From Minisyncoccota bacterium (lineage in GTDB: Bacteria > Patescibacteriota > Minisyncoccia > Phycocordibacterales > UBA9973): 64,000 nt of DNA. The notes below the pieces were generated by a model, which saw nothing but the letters and a program-made list of their open reading frames with translations, made no database searches and had not been told where the DNA came from. A program made the translations under genes and the position numbers. Below, in pieces: positions 17,883 to 27,607 of this stretch. The DNA lies in the NCBI GenBank assembly GCA_942491275.1, contig CALNZI010000006.1, positions 9,899-73,898 on the forward strand, in the 5' to 3' direction. Position 1 is the first letter of the stretch. Each line of letters begins with the position of its first letter.

Positions 17883-19157
17883 ATGAAGAAAATAATATTT
17901 ATAGCTTTTTTATTAATAGGTTCAATTTTAATTTTACCCTCAAGTAAGATCTCTGCGACTACGGCCAGTGAAGTGCGACAACAAATTGAAAATACTAATA
18001 ATCAAATAGCTGAACTGGATCGGCAGATTGCTCAATATCAACAGCAAATAGCTCAAACAGCTGAAGAAAAAAATACTTTAGCTAAATTGATTAAAGAATT
18101 AAATTTAACTCGAAGTAAGTTGGTTGCTGAGAAAACAAAAACTCAAAAAAAAATAAATGCTACAGGTTTAGTTATAAAAAATCTGGATTCAAATATAAGT
18201 GCCCAAGAACAATCCATTCTTAATTCTAAAGAATCCTTGGCTCGAATGATTGCTGATGTTTACATAAGTGATAATTTTTCTATAGCAGAAAGATTACTTT
18301 CAAAAAGCAGTCTGGCTGAAGCTAGTAATGAATATAACAATATCTTAGCTATAAATAAAAAAGTCAGAGAGCATTTAAAAGAAGTAAGAATTAAAAAAGA
18401 AGGTCTTATTGTCACAAAAACTCAAAAAGAAACTGAAAAAGATAAACTAGAATCTTTGAAGGAAAATTTAAATCTTCAGCAAAAAGCAGTTGAATCAACT
18501 AAAAGCGAAAAAGACAAAGTTTTAGTTGCGACAAAAAATAAAGAAGCTGAATATCAAAGAATACTAGCTGAACAGATAAAAAGAAGGGATTTTTTTCAAA
18601 AAGAAATTGAAGATTATGAAGCTCAGTTACAATTTATTTTAAATCCAAAACTGTTGCCCAAAGAGGGCTCTGCTGTTTTGTCGTGGCCTCTTAAGTATGT
18701 ATTAATAACTTCTCGTTATGGTTCACGTTGGGGTAGATTTCACTCAGGAACAGATTTTCGAGCTGCTGTAGGTACTCCGATTTTTGCTATGGCTTCTGGA
18801 ATAGTTGAAGGAGTTGGAGATACAGACATAGATTGTAAAGGTGCTTCTTTTGGAAAATGGGTATTTATTAAATATAACAACGGTTTGTCGAGTACTTTTG
18901 GGCATTTATCTGTCATTTCTGTAAAAAAAGGGCAACAGGTTAAAGCTGGTAGTGTAGTTGGGCTTTCTGGTAATACTGGATTTTCAACTGCACCTCATTT
19001 GCATGTTTCAGTCTATGCTTCCACTGGAGTTAATGTGGATACGGTTCCAAGTAGAAGTTGTAATGGAAAAATATTTACTCAACCTATATCAGCTCGAAGT
19101 GCCTACTTAGACCCTTTATTATATTTACCTAAAACAACTTCAAAAATGTTCAAGTAG
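17883..19157 (+). CDS. Secreted M23 (LytM-type) peptidoglycan endopeptidase with long N-terminal coiled coil
   Basis: Signal anchor, ~230-aa heptad-rich region, then HSGTDF and GNTGFSTAPHLH metal-site motifs. Confidence 0.85.
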   Translation: MKKIIFIAFLLIGSILILPSSKISATTASEVRQQIENTNNQIAELDRQIAQYQQQIAQTAEEKNTLAKLIKELNLTRSKLVAEKTKTQKKINATGLVIKNLDSNISAQEQSILNSKESLARMIADVYISDNFSIAERLLSKSSLAEASNEYNNILAINKKVREHLKEVRIKKEGLIVTKTQKETEKDKLESLKENLNLQQKAVESTKSEKDKVLVATKNKEAEYQRILAEQIKRRDFFQKEIEDYEAQLQFILNPKLLPKEGSAVLSWPLKYVLITSRYGSRWGRFHSGTDFRAAVGTPIFAMASGIVEGVGDTDIDCKGASFGKWVFIKYNNGLSSTFGHLSVISVKKGQQVKAGSVVGLSGNTGFSTAPHLHVSVYASTGVNVDTVPSRSCNGKIFTQPISARSAYLDPLLYLPKTTSKMFK

Positions 19158-19191
19158 TGACAACTGGACAAATTAATATTATAATATAATT

Positions 19192-19554
19192 ATGAGTGAA
19201 GAAGGGAAAAAATCAGGCTTACATATTCATTTTGGAGGATTAATTGTTATAATAATTATACTTTTGCTTCTATTTCGAGTTGATTTAAAAACAGTTACTA
19301 ACTCTCCTCAATTTCAAAAAAATGTTTCTTTTGTCAAAGAACAAGCAGTTACTGTTTGGGATAAATACTTAAAAGAACCTCTGATAAACGGATGGAACGG
19401 ATTATTTAATAACTTAGTAGATAAGGGTGTTGAAGAATTAAAAGAAGGGTTAAAAAACGGAATAGATGCTAATTTTATGAAGTTAGAACAGCCTGGTATA
19501 AACTTAGGAGCACCCATGTCAAATACTAGTAATAATCAAGATAATATAAACTAA
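19192..19554 (+). CDS. Hypothetical membrane-anchored protein
   Basis: 120-aa ORF with one N-terminal TM (LIVIIIILLLLF). No recognisable family. Confidence 0.4.
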   Translation: MSEEGKKSGLHIHFGGLIVIIIILLLLFRVDLKTVTNSPQFQKNVSFVKEQAVTVWDKYLKEPLINGWNGLFNNLVDKGVEELKEGLKNGIDANFMKLEQPGINLGAPMSNTSNNQDNIN

Positions 19555-19556
19555 TC

Positions 19557-20258
19557 ATGATAAAACAACTATTTAAAAATATTTCGGATCAAGAAAAAAG
19601 CGAGGCCATGAAAAAATTAATAGAAAATAGCGTCCCAAGTAAGGATTTTTTTTTAATGGTTGTTTTGTCTGTCTTAATGGCCACCTTTGGTTTGTTAATA
19701 GATAATTCTGCTGTAGTTGTAGGAAGTATGCTTATTGCTCCAATTCTTTATCCAATATTAGGGTTAGCAATGGGAATAATAATGTCAGATAATCTTTTAA
19801 TAACAAAATCTTTTAAAACTTTTCTAAAAGCTAGTATATTAGGAATAATTGTTTCTGCTGGAGTAACCCTCTTGTTTTCTTCTCAGGCCAGCGGACATAC
19901 AGCCGAGATCCTCTCACGAACAGAGCCCACACTCATCTCGTTTATGATTGGAGCCGTAGCTGGATTTGCTGCAGCATTTGCTATCGTAAAACGTAAATTA
20001 AATAATATGCTTCCAGGAGTAGCTATTTCTGTGGCTTTAATCCCTCCATTGGCCGTTGTTGGAATTGGATTAGCAAGATTTGATTTAAAAATTTTAATAA
20101 ATTCCTTTTTATTATTTTTAGTAAATGCCATTGGAATTGTCTTTACGGCAGTTATAGTTTTTTCTTTAATGAATTTTTACGTTAAAAGAAAAGAAGCTGA
20201 AAATATTGTTGTTAAGGAAGAAAAGAAACTGGAGAAAGAAAATAGAGAGGATGATTAG
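19557..20258 (+). CDS. DUF389-like polytopic membrane protein
   Basis: 233 aa, about 6 TM, with the Gly/Ala-rich helices typical of the DUF389/TIGR00341 family. Tentative. Confidence 0.45.
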   Translation: MIKQLFKNISDQEKSEAMKKLIENSVPSKDFFLMVVLSVLMATFGLLIDNSAVVVGSMLIAPILYPILGLAMGIIMSDNLLITKSFKTFLKASILGIIVSAGVTLLFSSQASGHTAEILSRTEPTLISFMIGAVAGFAAAFAIVKRKLNNMLPGVAISVALIPPLAVVGIGLARFDLKILINSFLLFLVNAIGIVFTAVIVFSLMNFYVKRKEAENIVVKEEKKLEKENREDD

Positions 20259-20310
20259 TGCAATGTTGTAAAAAACATTAAAATATGTAACTATATTAAG
20301 GTGTAAAATT

Positions 20311-20392
20311 GCCCGAGTGGCGGAACTGGTATACGCGCACGACTTAAAATCGTGTCTCGCAAGGGATGTGGGTTCGACCCCCACCTCGGGCA
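20311..20392 (+). tRNA. tRNA-Leu (anticodon UAA), class II, CCA not encoded
   Basis: Manual cloverleaf: acceptor GCCCGAG/CTCGGGC, anticodon arm CACGA-CTTAAAA-TCGTG, long variable arm, T arm GTGGG-TTCGACC-CCCAC. Confidence 0.9.
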
Positions 20393-20402
20393 CAAAATAA
20401 AT

Positions 20403-21815
20403 ATGAAAAAATATTACACAACAATAGGTCTTGAAATTCACGCCGAGCTTAAAACTCAGTCTAAAATGTTCTGCGATTGTGTTAATGATCCTAACGAGAA
20501 AAAAGCCAATTTTAATATTTGCCCTGTTTGTTTGGCTCATCCGGGAACATTGCCAGTAATTAATAAGAAAGCTATTGAAAATGTAATCAAAGTCGGATTA
20601 GCTCTAAAAGCAGAAATTGCTGATTTTACAGAATTTGATCGAAAAAATTATTTTTATCCTGATATACCAAAAGCTTACCAAATTTCTCAGTATAAATTTC
20701 CAATTGTTTCAGGAGGGAGATTAAATGGAATTAAAATTACTCGTGTCCACTTAGAAGAAGACACAGCTACAAGTAAGCACGATCGAGGGAATTATTCTTT
20801 AGTTGATTTTAATCGATCAGGACTTCCTCTAATGGAGTTGGTTACTGAGCCCGTAATTCACACAGCTAAAGATGCTGGGGATTTTGGACGTGAATTGCAA
20901 CTTCTTTTAAGATATTTAGATGTTTCTGAGGCCAACATGGAAAAAGGCCAAATGCGAGTAGAATTAAATATTTCTATTTCTGATGATCCAAACAAGATGG
21001 GGACAAAAGTTGAGGTGAAGAATATTAATTCATTTAGAGCAATGGAGCGTGCTGCTGAATATGAAATAAAAAGAATGACTGAATTACTAGAATCAGGTAA
21101 GGGAGATGAAATTGTCCAAGAGACTAGAGGTTGGGATGAAAACAAACAAACTACTTTTTCACAGCGGATTAAAGAGAACGCTAATGATTACAGATATTTC
21201 CCTGATCCAGATTTACCAAAACTATATTTACATAAAATTTTTGATATTAAAAAAATGGAAAGTGAACTTCCTGAACTTCCAGTAGCTCGTCGAACTCGCT
21301 ATAAAGATGACTACGGGATTAAAGATGAAGATATTGAAAGTTATATTACAGACAAAGAGCTAGGGGATTGGTTTGAAAAAGTGGCTGATATTTTAAAAGA
21401 TAAAACAAAGATTAAAACTGCTTCTAATTACATAACTTCGGATTACCTTGGTTTAAAAAAGAATAATCTGGAAGTCGGACTTCCAGAAATAAAGAATTTT
21501 GTTGAACTAATAAACATGGTAAGCGATGGTAAGATTTCTTCTCGTGCGGCAAAAGATATTTTAGTAATGATTGTTGAAAAAGACGAATCACCAATGAAAA
21601 TTGCTGAAGAAAAAGGATTGCTTCAAAATCACGACGAAGGAGCCCTAAAAGAAATTGTTCAAAAAATAATAGATGCCAATCCAGAAATTGTGGCTATTTA
21701 CAAAGGAGGAAAAGAAAATGCAATTATGTCTTTAGTAGGACAAATCATGAAAGAAACAAAAGGCTCAGCAAATCCAACAATTGTTCAAAAATTATTAAAA
21801 GAATTACTTTCTTAA
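20403..21815 (+). CDS. gatB: Asp/Glu-tRNA amidotransferase subunit B
   Basis: YYTTIGLEIHAEL...CPVCLAHPGTLP and a GatB_Yqey C-terminus. Start set at ATG 20403, 10 nt after the tRNA; the track extension overlaps tRNA-Leu. Confidence 0.92.
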   Translation: MKKYYTTIGLEIHAELKTQSKMFCDCVNDPNEKKANFNICPVCLAHPGTLPVINKKAIENVIKVGLALKAEIADFTEFDRKNYFYPDIPKAYQISQYKFPIVSGGRLNGIKITRVHLEEDTATSKHDRGNYSLVDFNRSGLPLMELVTEPVIHTAKDAGDFGRELQLLLRYLDVSEANMEKGQMRVELNISISDDPNKMGTKVEVKNINSFRAMERAAEYEIKRMTELLESGKGDEIVQETRGWDENKQTTFSQRIKENANDYRYFPDPDLPKLYLHKIFDIKKMESELPELPVARRTRYKDDYGIKDEDIESYITDKELGDWFEKVADILKDKTKIKTASNYITSDYLGLKKNNLEVGLPEIKNFVELINMVSDGKISSRAAKDILVMIVEKDESPMKIAEEKGLLQNHDEGALKEIVQKIIDANPEIVAIYKGGKENAIMSLVGQIMKETKGSANPTIVQKLLKELLS

Positions 21816-21817
21816 AT

Positions 21818-22039
21818 ATGGATATTAAACTTGGAAAATACAAACACTTTAAAGGATTTATTTGTGAGGTTATTGGTGTAGCAAAACACAGTGAAAATTA
21901 CGAAGAAGAATTTGTAGCCTATTATCATCCTGACGAAAAAGGGGATCAGCAACTTTGGATTAGGCCTATTGCAATGTTTTTAGAAAATGTTGAGACAGAT
22001 AATTATAAAGGGCCTAGATTTGAATATCTGGGGGAGTAA
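21818..22039 (+). CDS. DUF1653-like small protein
   Basis: 73 aa with YKHFKG...VAKHSE...VAYY...LWIRPIAMF, the pattern typical of DUF1653. Confidence 0.55.
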   Translation: MDIKLGKYKHFKGFICEVIGVAKHSENYEEEFVAYYHPDEKGDQQLWIRPIAMFLENVETDNYKGPRFEYLGE

Positions 22040-22055
22040 ATGTTACAATATAAAT

Positions 22056-23078
22056 ATGAAAACAACAAAAGTAGCTATTAATGGTTTTGGAAGAATTGGT
22101 CGTGCATTTTTAAAAATTGCTTGGGAAAGACCTGAAATTGAAATCGTGGCCATAAATGATTTAGGCTCAATTGAAAGTCTCTCTTATTTATTAGAATATG
22201 ATACTGTCTACGGAAAATGGAAACATGAAGTTGAGACGACAGATGATAGTTTAAATATTGATGGGAAGAAAATAAAATTTATTTCAGAAAAAGATACAAC
22301 TAAACTTCCTTGGAAAGATTTAGGTGTTGATGTTGTAGTTGAATCAACAGGAGTATTTAATTCCTACGACAAAGCTAGCTTCCATCTAACACAGGGAGCC
22401 AAGAGAATCGTAATTTCTGCTCCAGCTAAGGGTGTGAGTGAAGCCAGAGGAGAAACAATTCTGCTTGGTGTAAATGAAGATAAATTAGGTACCTGTGATA
22501 TTACATCCAATGGATCCTGTACAACCAATGCAGCTAGTCCTTTAATTGCTATTCTTAATGAAACTCTAGGAGTAGAAAAAGCTATTTTAAACACAGTTCA
22601 TGGATACACAGCCACTCAATCACTAGTTGATGGACCAAGTAAGGGTGATTTAAGAAAAGGACGTGCCGCTGCTCAAAACATCATTCCTAGCTCCACAGGA
22701 GCCGCTATCGCCGTCACTAAAGCCTTTCCAGATCTAAAAGGACGTTTTGATGGTGTTGCATTGAGAGTTCCAGTTATATCTGGATCAATTGTAGACATTA
22801 CTTTTATATCTAAGAAAAACACGACAGCAGAGGAAGTTAATGAAATATTAAAGAAAGCATCGAAAGATCCTCATTGGGAAAAATTATTTACCATAACAGA
22901 GGATCCTATTGTTTCTTCTGATATTTTAGGAGAAAGTCATGCTTGTATTGCTGACTTAGAAATGACACGAGTTGTGGATGGGAACCTGGTTAAAGTTCTT
23001 GGATGGTACGATAATGAAATGGGATATACTTATACACTCGTTGACCATGTAATTAAAACAAGGGGAATAATAGTTTAA
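22056..23078 (+). CDS. gap: Glyceraldehyde-3-phosphate dehydrogenase
   Basis: INGFGRIGR, SNGSCTTN (catalytic Cys), WYDNEMGY. Start at ATG 22056, 6 nt after TGtTACAAT (22041-22049). Confidence 0.93.
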   Translation: MKTTKVAINGFGRIGRAFLKIAWERPEIEIVAINDLGSIESLSYLLEYDTVYGKWKHEVETTDDSLNIDGKKIKFISEKDTTKLPWKDLGVDVVVESTGVFNSYDKASFHLTQGAKRIVISAPAKGVSEARGETILLGVNEDKLGTCDITSNGSCTTNAASPLIAILNETLGVEKAILNTVHGYTATQSLVDGPSKGDLRKGRAAAQNIIPSSTGAAIAVTKAFPDLKGRFDGVALRVPVISGSIVDITFISKKNTTAEEVNEILKKASKDPHWEKLFTITEDPIVSSDILGESHACIADLEMTRVVDGNLVKVLGWYDNEMGYTYTLVDHVIKTRGIIV

Positions 23079-23093
23079 AATTTCTTGATTTTT

Positions 23094-23121
23094 AAAAAAC
23101 TCCTAGAAGCGGGAGTTTTTT
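23094..23121 (+). terminator. Intrinsic terminator after gap
   Basis: AAAAAACTCC-tagaagcg-GGAGTTTTTT. Confidence 0.7.
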
Positions 23122-23200
23122 AATTCATTGACAAATATTCAATTTATTATACTATTAATAATAAGTATATGTATTTTGTCAAATCCTAAATTACAGAATC

Positions 23201-23470
23201 ATGAAAAAAATAATTAAGTATTTTTCTGTTTTTTTAAATATAGTTAATTTCATCTTATTAACTATAGTTATCTTCATTGATTCTTTCCAAAAATTTATTC
23301 CTAATTTAGATTATTTAAAGTTATTTTCTTTTTCAGCATGCTTTACGGCTCTATTTTATATAATACGTTTAGCATCCTTAAGAGAATTAGAGAAAACTTA
23401 TATCTTTTTAGGGGCAATCGCTTTTTGGGGAATCTTAGGACTTGTACTAAATAACTTAACTAACATATAA
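23201..23470 (+). CDS. Small membrane protein (3 TM), hypothetical
   Basis: 89-aa hydrophobic ORF, followed by the hairpin ATGACCTCAT-tcttcg-ATGAGGTCATTTTTT. Confidence 0.4.
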   Translation: MKKIIKYFSVFLNIVNFILLTIVIFIDSFQKFIPNLDYLKLFSFSACFTALFYIIRLASLRELEKTYIFLGAIAFWGILGLVLNNLTNI

Positions 23471-23541
23471 TCAAATGACCTCATTCTTCGATGAGGTCAT
23501 TTTTTATAGCACATTAAAAAATAAATGCTATAATTAAAAAT

Positions 23542-23997
23542 ATGAAAATTTACATTGGTTCAGATCATGCTGGATATAAATTAAAAGAAAAATTAAAATT
23601 ATTTCTAAAAGAAATAAATTATGAAGTTACTGACAAAGGGGCTTTTTCTTTGGATGAGAAAGATGATTACCCTGATTTTATAATTCCAGTGGCTCAGAAT
23701 GTTGCTCAAGATAAGAATTCACTTGGAATAGTTCTTGGTGGAAGCGGAGAAGGAGAGCAAATATCTGCTAATAAAATTGATGGAATTAGAGCCATTGAAT
23801 ACTATGGCGGTAATCTTGAAATAGTAAAATTAGGAAGAGAGCACAATAATGCCAATATTTTATCTCTGGGGGCACGATTTGTGGATGAAAATGAAGCTAA
23901 AGAAGCTGTTAAAATATTTATTAAAACAAATTTTTCTGATGAAGAAAGACACAATCGTCGAATAGAAAAAATTAATAAGATTGAAGAAAATAATTAA
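23542..23997 (+). CDS. rpiB: Ribose-5-phosphate isomerase B
   Basis: MKIYIGSDHAGYKLKEKL and GIVLGGSGEGEQISANK. ATG lies 7 nt after TGcTATAAT. Confidence 0.9.
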   Translation: MKIYIGSDHAGYKLKEKLKLFLKEINYEVTDKGAFSLDEKDDYPDFIIPVAQNVAQDKNSLGIVLGGSGEGEQISANKIDGIRAIEYYGGNLEIVKLGREHNNANILSLGARFVDENEAKEAVKIFIKTNFSDEERHNRRIEKINKIEENN

Positions 23998-24000
23998 ACT

Positions 24001-24690
24001 ATGGCAAAAGTAATACCAGCAATCCTTGTAGAAAATTTTCAAGAGTTAAAAGAAAGTCTTTCACAATATATAAATGTTTTTTCTTTGGCTCAAATTGATA
24101 TTTGTGATGGTAATTTTGTAGATTCTGTTTCTTGGCCAATGCATGCCGATGATGAAAAAAGTGTCGCTAGTATTTTAGAAGAGGAAGAGGGCATGCCCTT
24201 TTGGGATAAAATAGATTTTGAATTTGATTTAATGGTCAAAAACGCCCACAAACAATTTGAATTTTTCATAAGACTAGGTGCTAAAAGAATTATTTTTCAT
24301 ATTGAAGCGGAAGAAAATAAAGAGGAATTTAAAGAATTTTTAGAAGGGATTGATGTTTATATACGAGAAAATATTGAAATTGGATTAGCCTTAAATACCA
24401 CAACTTCCATAGAAGAATTAAAGTCATTCATTTCTCATGTGGATTTCATTCAATGTATGGGAATAGAAAAAATAGGCTTCCAAGGACAAGAGTTTGATGA
24501 AAGAGTTTTAAAACAAATTTCTAATTTACGAGAGAAATATCCTGAATTAACTATTAGTGTTGATGGTAGTGTCAATAGAAATACAGCGAAACCTTTAGTT
24601 GAAGCTGGGGCTAATCGTCTTGTTATTGGTTCTGCTTTAAATGAAGGCGATGACATTAAAGAATCTCTTAGTTATTTTGAATCTCTATAG
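24001..24690 (+). CDS. rpe: Ribulose-phosphate 3-epimerase-like TIM-barrel protein (divergent)
   Basis: QIDICDGNFVDS, IFHIEA, FQGQEF, ISVDGSVN..GANRLVIGSAL correspond to Rpe blocks. Pentose-phosphate gene context. Confidence 0.6.
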   Translation: MAKVIPAILVENFQELKESLSQYINVFSLAQIDICDGNFVDSVSWPMHADDEKSVASILEEEEGMPFWDKIDFEFDLMVKNAHKQFEFFIRLGAKRIIFHIEAEENKEEFKEFLEGIDVYIRENIEIGLALNTTTSIEELKSFISHVDFIQCMGIEKIGFQGQEFDERVLKQISNLREKYPELTISVDGSVNRNTAKPLVEAGANRLVIGSALNEGDDIKESLSYFESL

Positions 24691-24722
24691 TTTTCTTTTT
24701 TTTATTTTGTTAAAATACAAAT

Positions 24723-25589
24723 ATGCAATCACTAACTGATGAAAAAATTAAAAAGTTAAAAGTGAAAGCCAATGAAATTCGGAAAAGCATTATTCGAATG
24801 CTTTTTGAAGCAGGATCAGGGCATACAGCTGGATCATTGGGTATGGCTGATGTTTTTACTTTACTTTATTTCCATTCTCTAAAACATGACCCTAAAAATC
24901 CAAAATGGGAAGAAAGAGATCGTTTAGTTCTTTCCAACGGTCATATTTGTCCAGTTCTTTACGCTACGATGGCCCATGCTGGATATTTCCCAATAAATGA
25001 GTTACAAACTCTGAGAAAATTTGAATCACGTCTTCAAGGGCATCCTCATAAAGTATTTTTACCTTTCCTAGAGACATCATCGGGTCCTTTAGGATCAGGA
25101 CTTTCTCAGGCCGCAGGAATGGCTATAGCTGACAAAATGGACAATCAAAAATCAGATTTATCTGTGCAAACAGATAAATTTATTTATTGCCTAATTAGCG
25201 ATGGTGAACTTAATGAAGGACAAAGCTGGGAGGCAATTATGTTGGCCAGTAAAAATAAATTAGAAAATTTAATTGTAATTGTGGATCGAAATAATATTCA
25301 AATCAGTGGATTTACGGAAGATGTTATGCCTTTAAATAATTTAATTCACAAATTTAGTTCCTTTAATTGGGATGTTCATGAAATAGAAGGCGATAATTTT
25401 AAACAAATTAATAATGCCATTGAGAAATCAAAAGAAGTGAAAGATAAACCTAGCGTTATTATCGCAAATACTATTCCTGGTTGTGGAGTAAAAATGTTTG
25501 AAAATAATTATCATTGGCATGGAGTAACTCCAAATAAAGAACAGGCTATTCAAGCTTTATCTGAATTAGAAGAAAATAATTATGCTTAA
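24723..25589 (+). CDS. tkt: Transketolase, N-terminal (PP-binding) subunit
   Basis: GSGHTAGSLGMADV, DRLVLSNGH, GPLGSGLSQAAGMA, SDGELNEGQSWEA. Split-gene form. Confidence 0.92.
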   Translation: MQSLTDEKIKKLKVKANEIRKSIIRMLFEAGSGHTAGSLGMADVFTLLYFHSLKHDPKNPKWEERDRLVLSNGHICPVLYATMAHAGYFPINELQTLRKFESRLQGHPHKVFLPFLETSSGPLGSGLSQAAGMAIADKMDNQKSDLSVQTDKFIYCLISDGELNEGQSWEAIMLASKNKLENLIVIVDRNNIQISGFTEDVMPLNNLIHKFSSFNWDVHEIEGDNFKQINNAIEKSKEVKDKPSVIIANTIPGCGVKMFENNYHWHGVTPNKEQAIQALSELEENNYA

Positions 25590-26598
25590 TCAAAGATTAA
25601 AACTCAATACAAAAATTTTTAATGACCCATCAACTTTAATTGGATCAACTAAAGCAACTCGCTCAGGTTTTGGAGAAGGATTAGTTAAAGCTGCTATTGA
25701 AAACAAAAATATTGTTGGGCTTTGTGCTGATCTTTCAGAATCAACTAGAATGAATTTATTTGCTGAAAAATTTCCAGAAAGATTTGTGGAAGTTGGTGTA
25801 GCAGAGCAAAATTTAGCTAGTGTTGCTTCTGGCATGGCAGCCATGGGGAAAATTCCTTTTATTTCATCTTTTTCAATATTTAGTCCCGGCCGAAACTGGG
25901 AACAGATTAGGACAACTATTTGCTATAACGATCAACCTGTAAAAATAGCTAGTACTCACGCTGGATTATCTACCGGCCCCGACGGAGGAAGTCACCAATC
26001 ATTGGAAGATATTGCTTTAACTCGTGTTCTACCTAATATGGTTGTTATTTCTCCTTGTGATTACATAGAAGCCGAAAAGGCTACCATAGAAATTTCTAAA
26101 ACAAAAAATCCAACCTATCTAAGATTAACTAGAAATAATTCACCTGTAATTACCAGTCGAGAAACCCCCTTTGAAATTGGAAAGTCTCAGATTCTTTTTG
26201 TTCCAGAATCAGGTTTGGCTCAAGTGGGAATTATTGCCACTGGACCGGTCTTATATAATGCTTTACTTGCTGCAAAAAAATTAGAAGAAGAAGGGCTAAA
26301 AGTTAAAGTTATGAATCTTTCCACAATAAAACCTCTCGACAAGGAAAGTATCATCGCCCTAGCCAAAGAAACAAAAGCCATCATAACCATAGAAGATCAC
26401 CAGATTGCAGGAGGAATGGGTAGTGCTGTGGCAGAATGTCTAGCTGAAAACTATCCAACATTAATTGAATTTATGGGTGTTAAAGATCAATTTGGACAAT
26501 CGGGAACAGTTGAGGAGCTTTATAGATGTTATGGTTTAGACACTTCTTCTATAATAGAAAAAGTAAAAAATATAATAAAGAAAAAACCCACTAATTAA
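25582..26598 (+). CDS. tkt: Transketolase, C-terminal (Pyr-binding) subunit
   Basis: FVEVGVAEQNLASVASGMA and GPDGGSHQSLEDIA. Overlaps the N-terminal subunit gene by 8 nt. Confidence 0.92.
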   Translation: MLNQRLKLNTKIFNDPSTLIGSTKATRSGFGEGLVKAAIENKNIVGLCADLSESTRMNLFAEKFPERFVEVGVAEQNLASVASGMAAMGKIPFISSFSIFSPGRNWEQIRTTICYNDQPVKIASTHAGLSTGPDGGSHQSLEDIALTRVLPNMVVISPCDYIEAEKATIEISKTKNPTYLRLTRNNSPVITSRETPFEIGKSQILFVPESGLAQVGIIATGPVLYNALLAAKKLEEEGLKVKVMNLSTIKPLDKESIIALAKETKAIITIEDHQIAGGMGSAVAECLAENYPTLIEFMGVKDQFGQSGTVEELYRCYGLDTSSIIEKVKNIIKKKPTN

Positions 26599-26610
26599 AG
26601 TGGGTTTTTT
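26581..26610. terminator. Bidirectional terminator (tkt / pfkB-family)
   Basis: AAAAAACCCACT-aattaa-AGTGGGTTTTTT, a perfect 12-bp stem. Confidence 0.75.
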
Positions 26611-26611
26611 C

Positions 26612-27607
26612 TTAAACCTTACTAGCTTTATATTCTTCAGGAGACTCAGCTAAAATCTCTTCTAATTTCTCTCGAGAAAGTAAACCTTTTTGTGTTCCAA
26701 CTTTTTGAGCTACAGACATAGCATTAATTCCAGCCATTTCCAGTGCTTCAGGAATTGTCTTTTCTAGGATCAAAGCTGCTATAAAAGTTGAACCAAAGGC
26801 ATCTCCAGCTCCAGTTCTTTCATAGGGTTCTTTTGGGTAGGAAGGAATAAACCAGGTTTCATTTCCATCGGAAGTATAAGCCCCTTTCATCCCATCAGTT
26901 AAAACAACTCTTTGGGGTCCCAATTCTCGAAGCATATCCATTAATTTAATTTCATTTTCTTCTGAAGATTTTAAAACTCTCTGGGCTTCTTCTTTATTAC
27001 AAAGGAAAAGATCAGTTCTTTGATAAATATCTTTTAATTTCTCAGTACCTAATTTTATTTGAAGAGTACCAGGCTGAAAAGCAAGTTTAATATCGGGTGA
27101 TAAATTTAAATATTCAAGAATTTCTTTATGGTAGTCTATTGAATTTTCTGCCAAAGAAGAAAGATAAACCCATTTTGCTTTTGGTAAATCGGTCGGAAAA
27201 GCATAGGGATATTCATTATGATTAACTAAAATTGTTCTCTCTGTGTCATACCATAGAACATAATGATAATTTGATTCCATTCCAGGAACGGTCTCCATAT
27301 AATCAATATTCACTCCATTAGCAACCAGTTCCTCCATATTTTCTTTACCAACAGTATCTTCACCCATGTAGGCAATTAAATAGGAATTTAAACCTAGGCG
27401 AGCAATTGAAACAGCAACATTGGGACTATTTCCAACAGCCTTACAAATTTCTGCTGATTCATAAGGGATCTTGTCTCCAAAACGAAAAGACAACTTACAG
27501 TGTTCTTTATTTAGATCACAAGTAGCTTCTGCATCAGTAATTCTTATAAAGGGTTCACTAACAATATCTCCAATAGCTAAAAAATCAATTTCTTTATTAT
27601 TTTCCAT
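26612..27607 (-). CDS. PfkB/ribokinase-family carbohydrate kinase
   Basis: GAGDAFGSTFIAAL anion-hole motif and N-terminal FLAIGDIV. Start at ATG 27607, 7 nt after TGaTATAAT on the minus strand. Confidence 0.8.
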   Translation of the reverse strand: MENNKEIDFLAIGDIVSEPFIRITDAEATCDLNKEHCKLSFRFGDKIPYESAEICKAVGNSPNVAVSIARLGLNSYLIAYMGEDTVGKENMEELVANGVNIDYMETVPGMESNYHYVLWYDTERTILVNHNEYPYAFPTDLPKAKWVYLSSLAENSIDYHKEILEYLNLSPDIKLAFQPGTLQIKLGTEKLKDIYQRTDLFLCNKEEAQRVLKSSEENEIKLMDMLRELGPQRVVLTDGMKGAYTSDGNETWFIPSYPKEPYERTGAGDAFGSTFIAALILEKTIPEALEMAGINAMSVAQKVGTQKGLLSREKLEEILAESPEEYKASKV

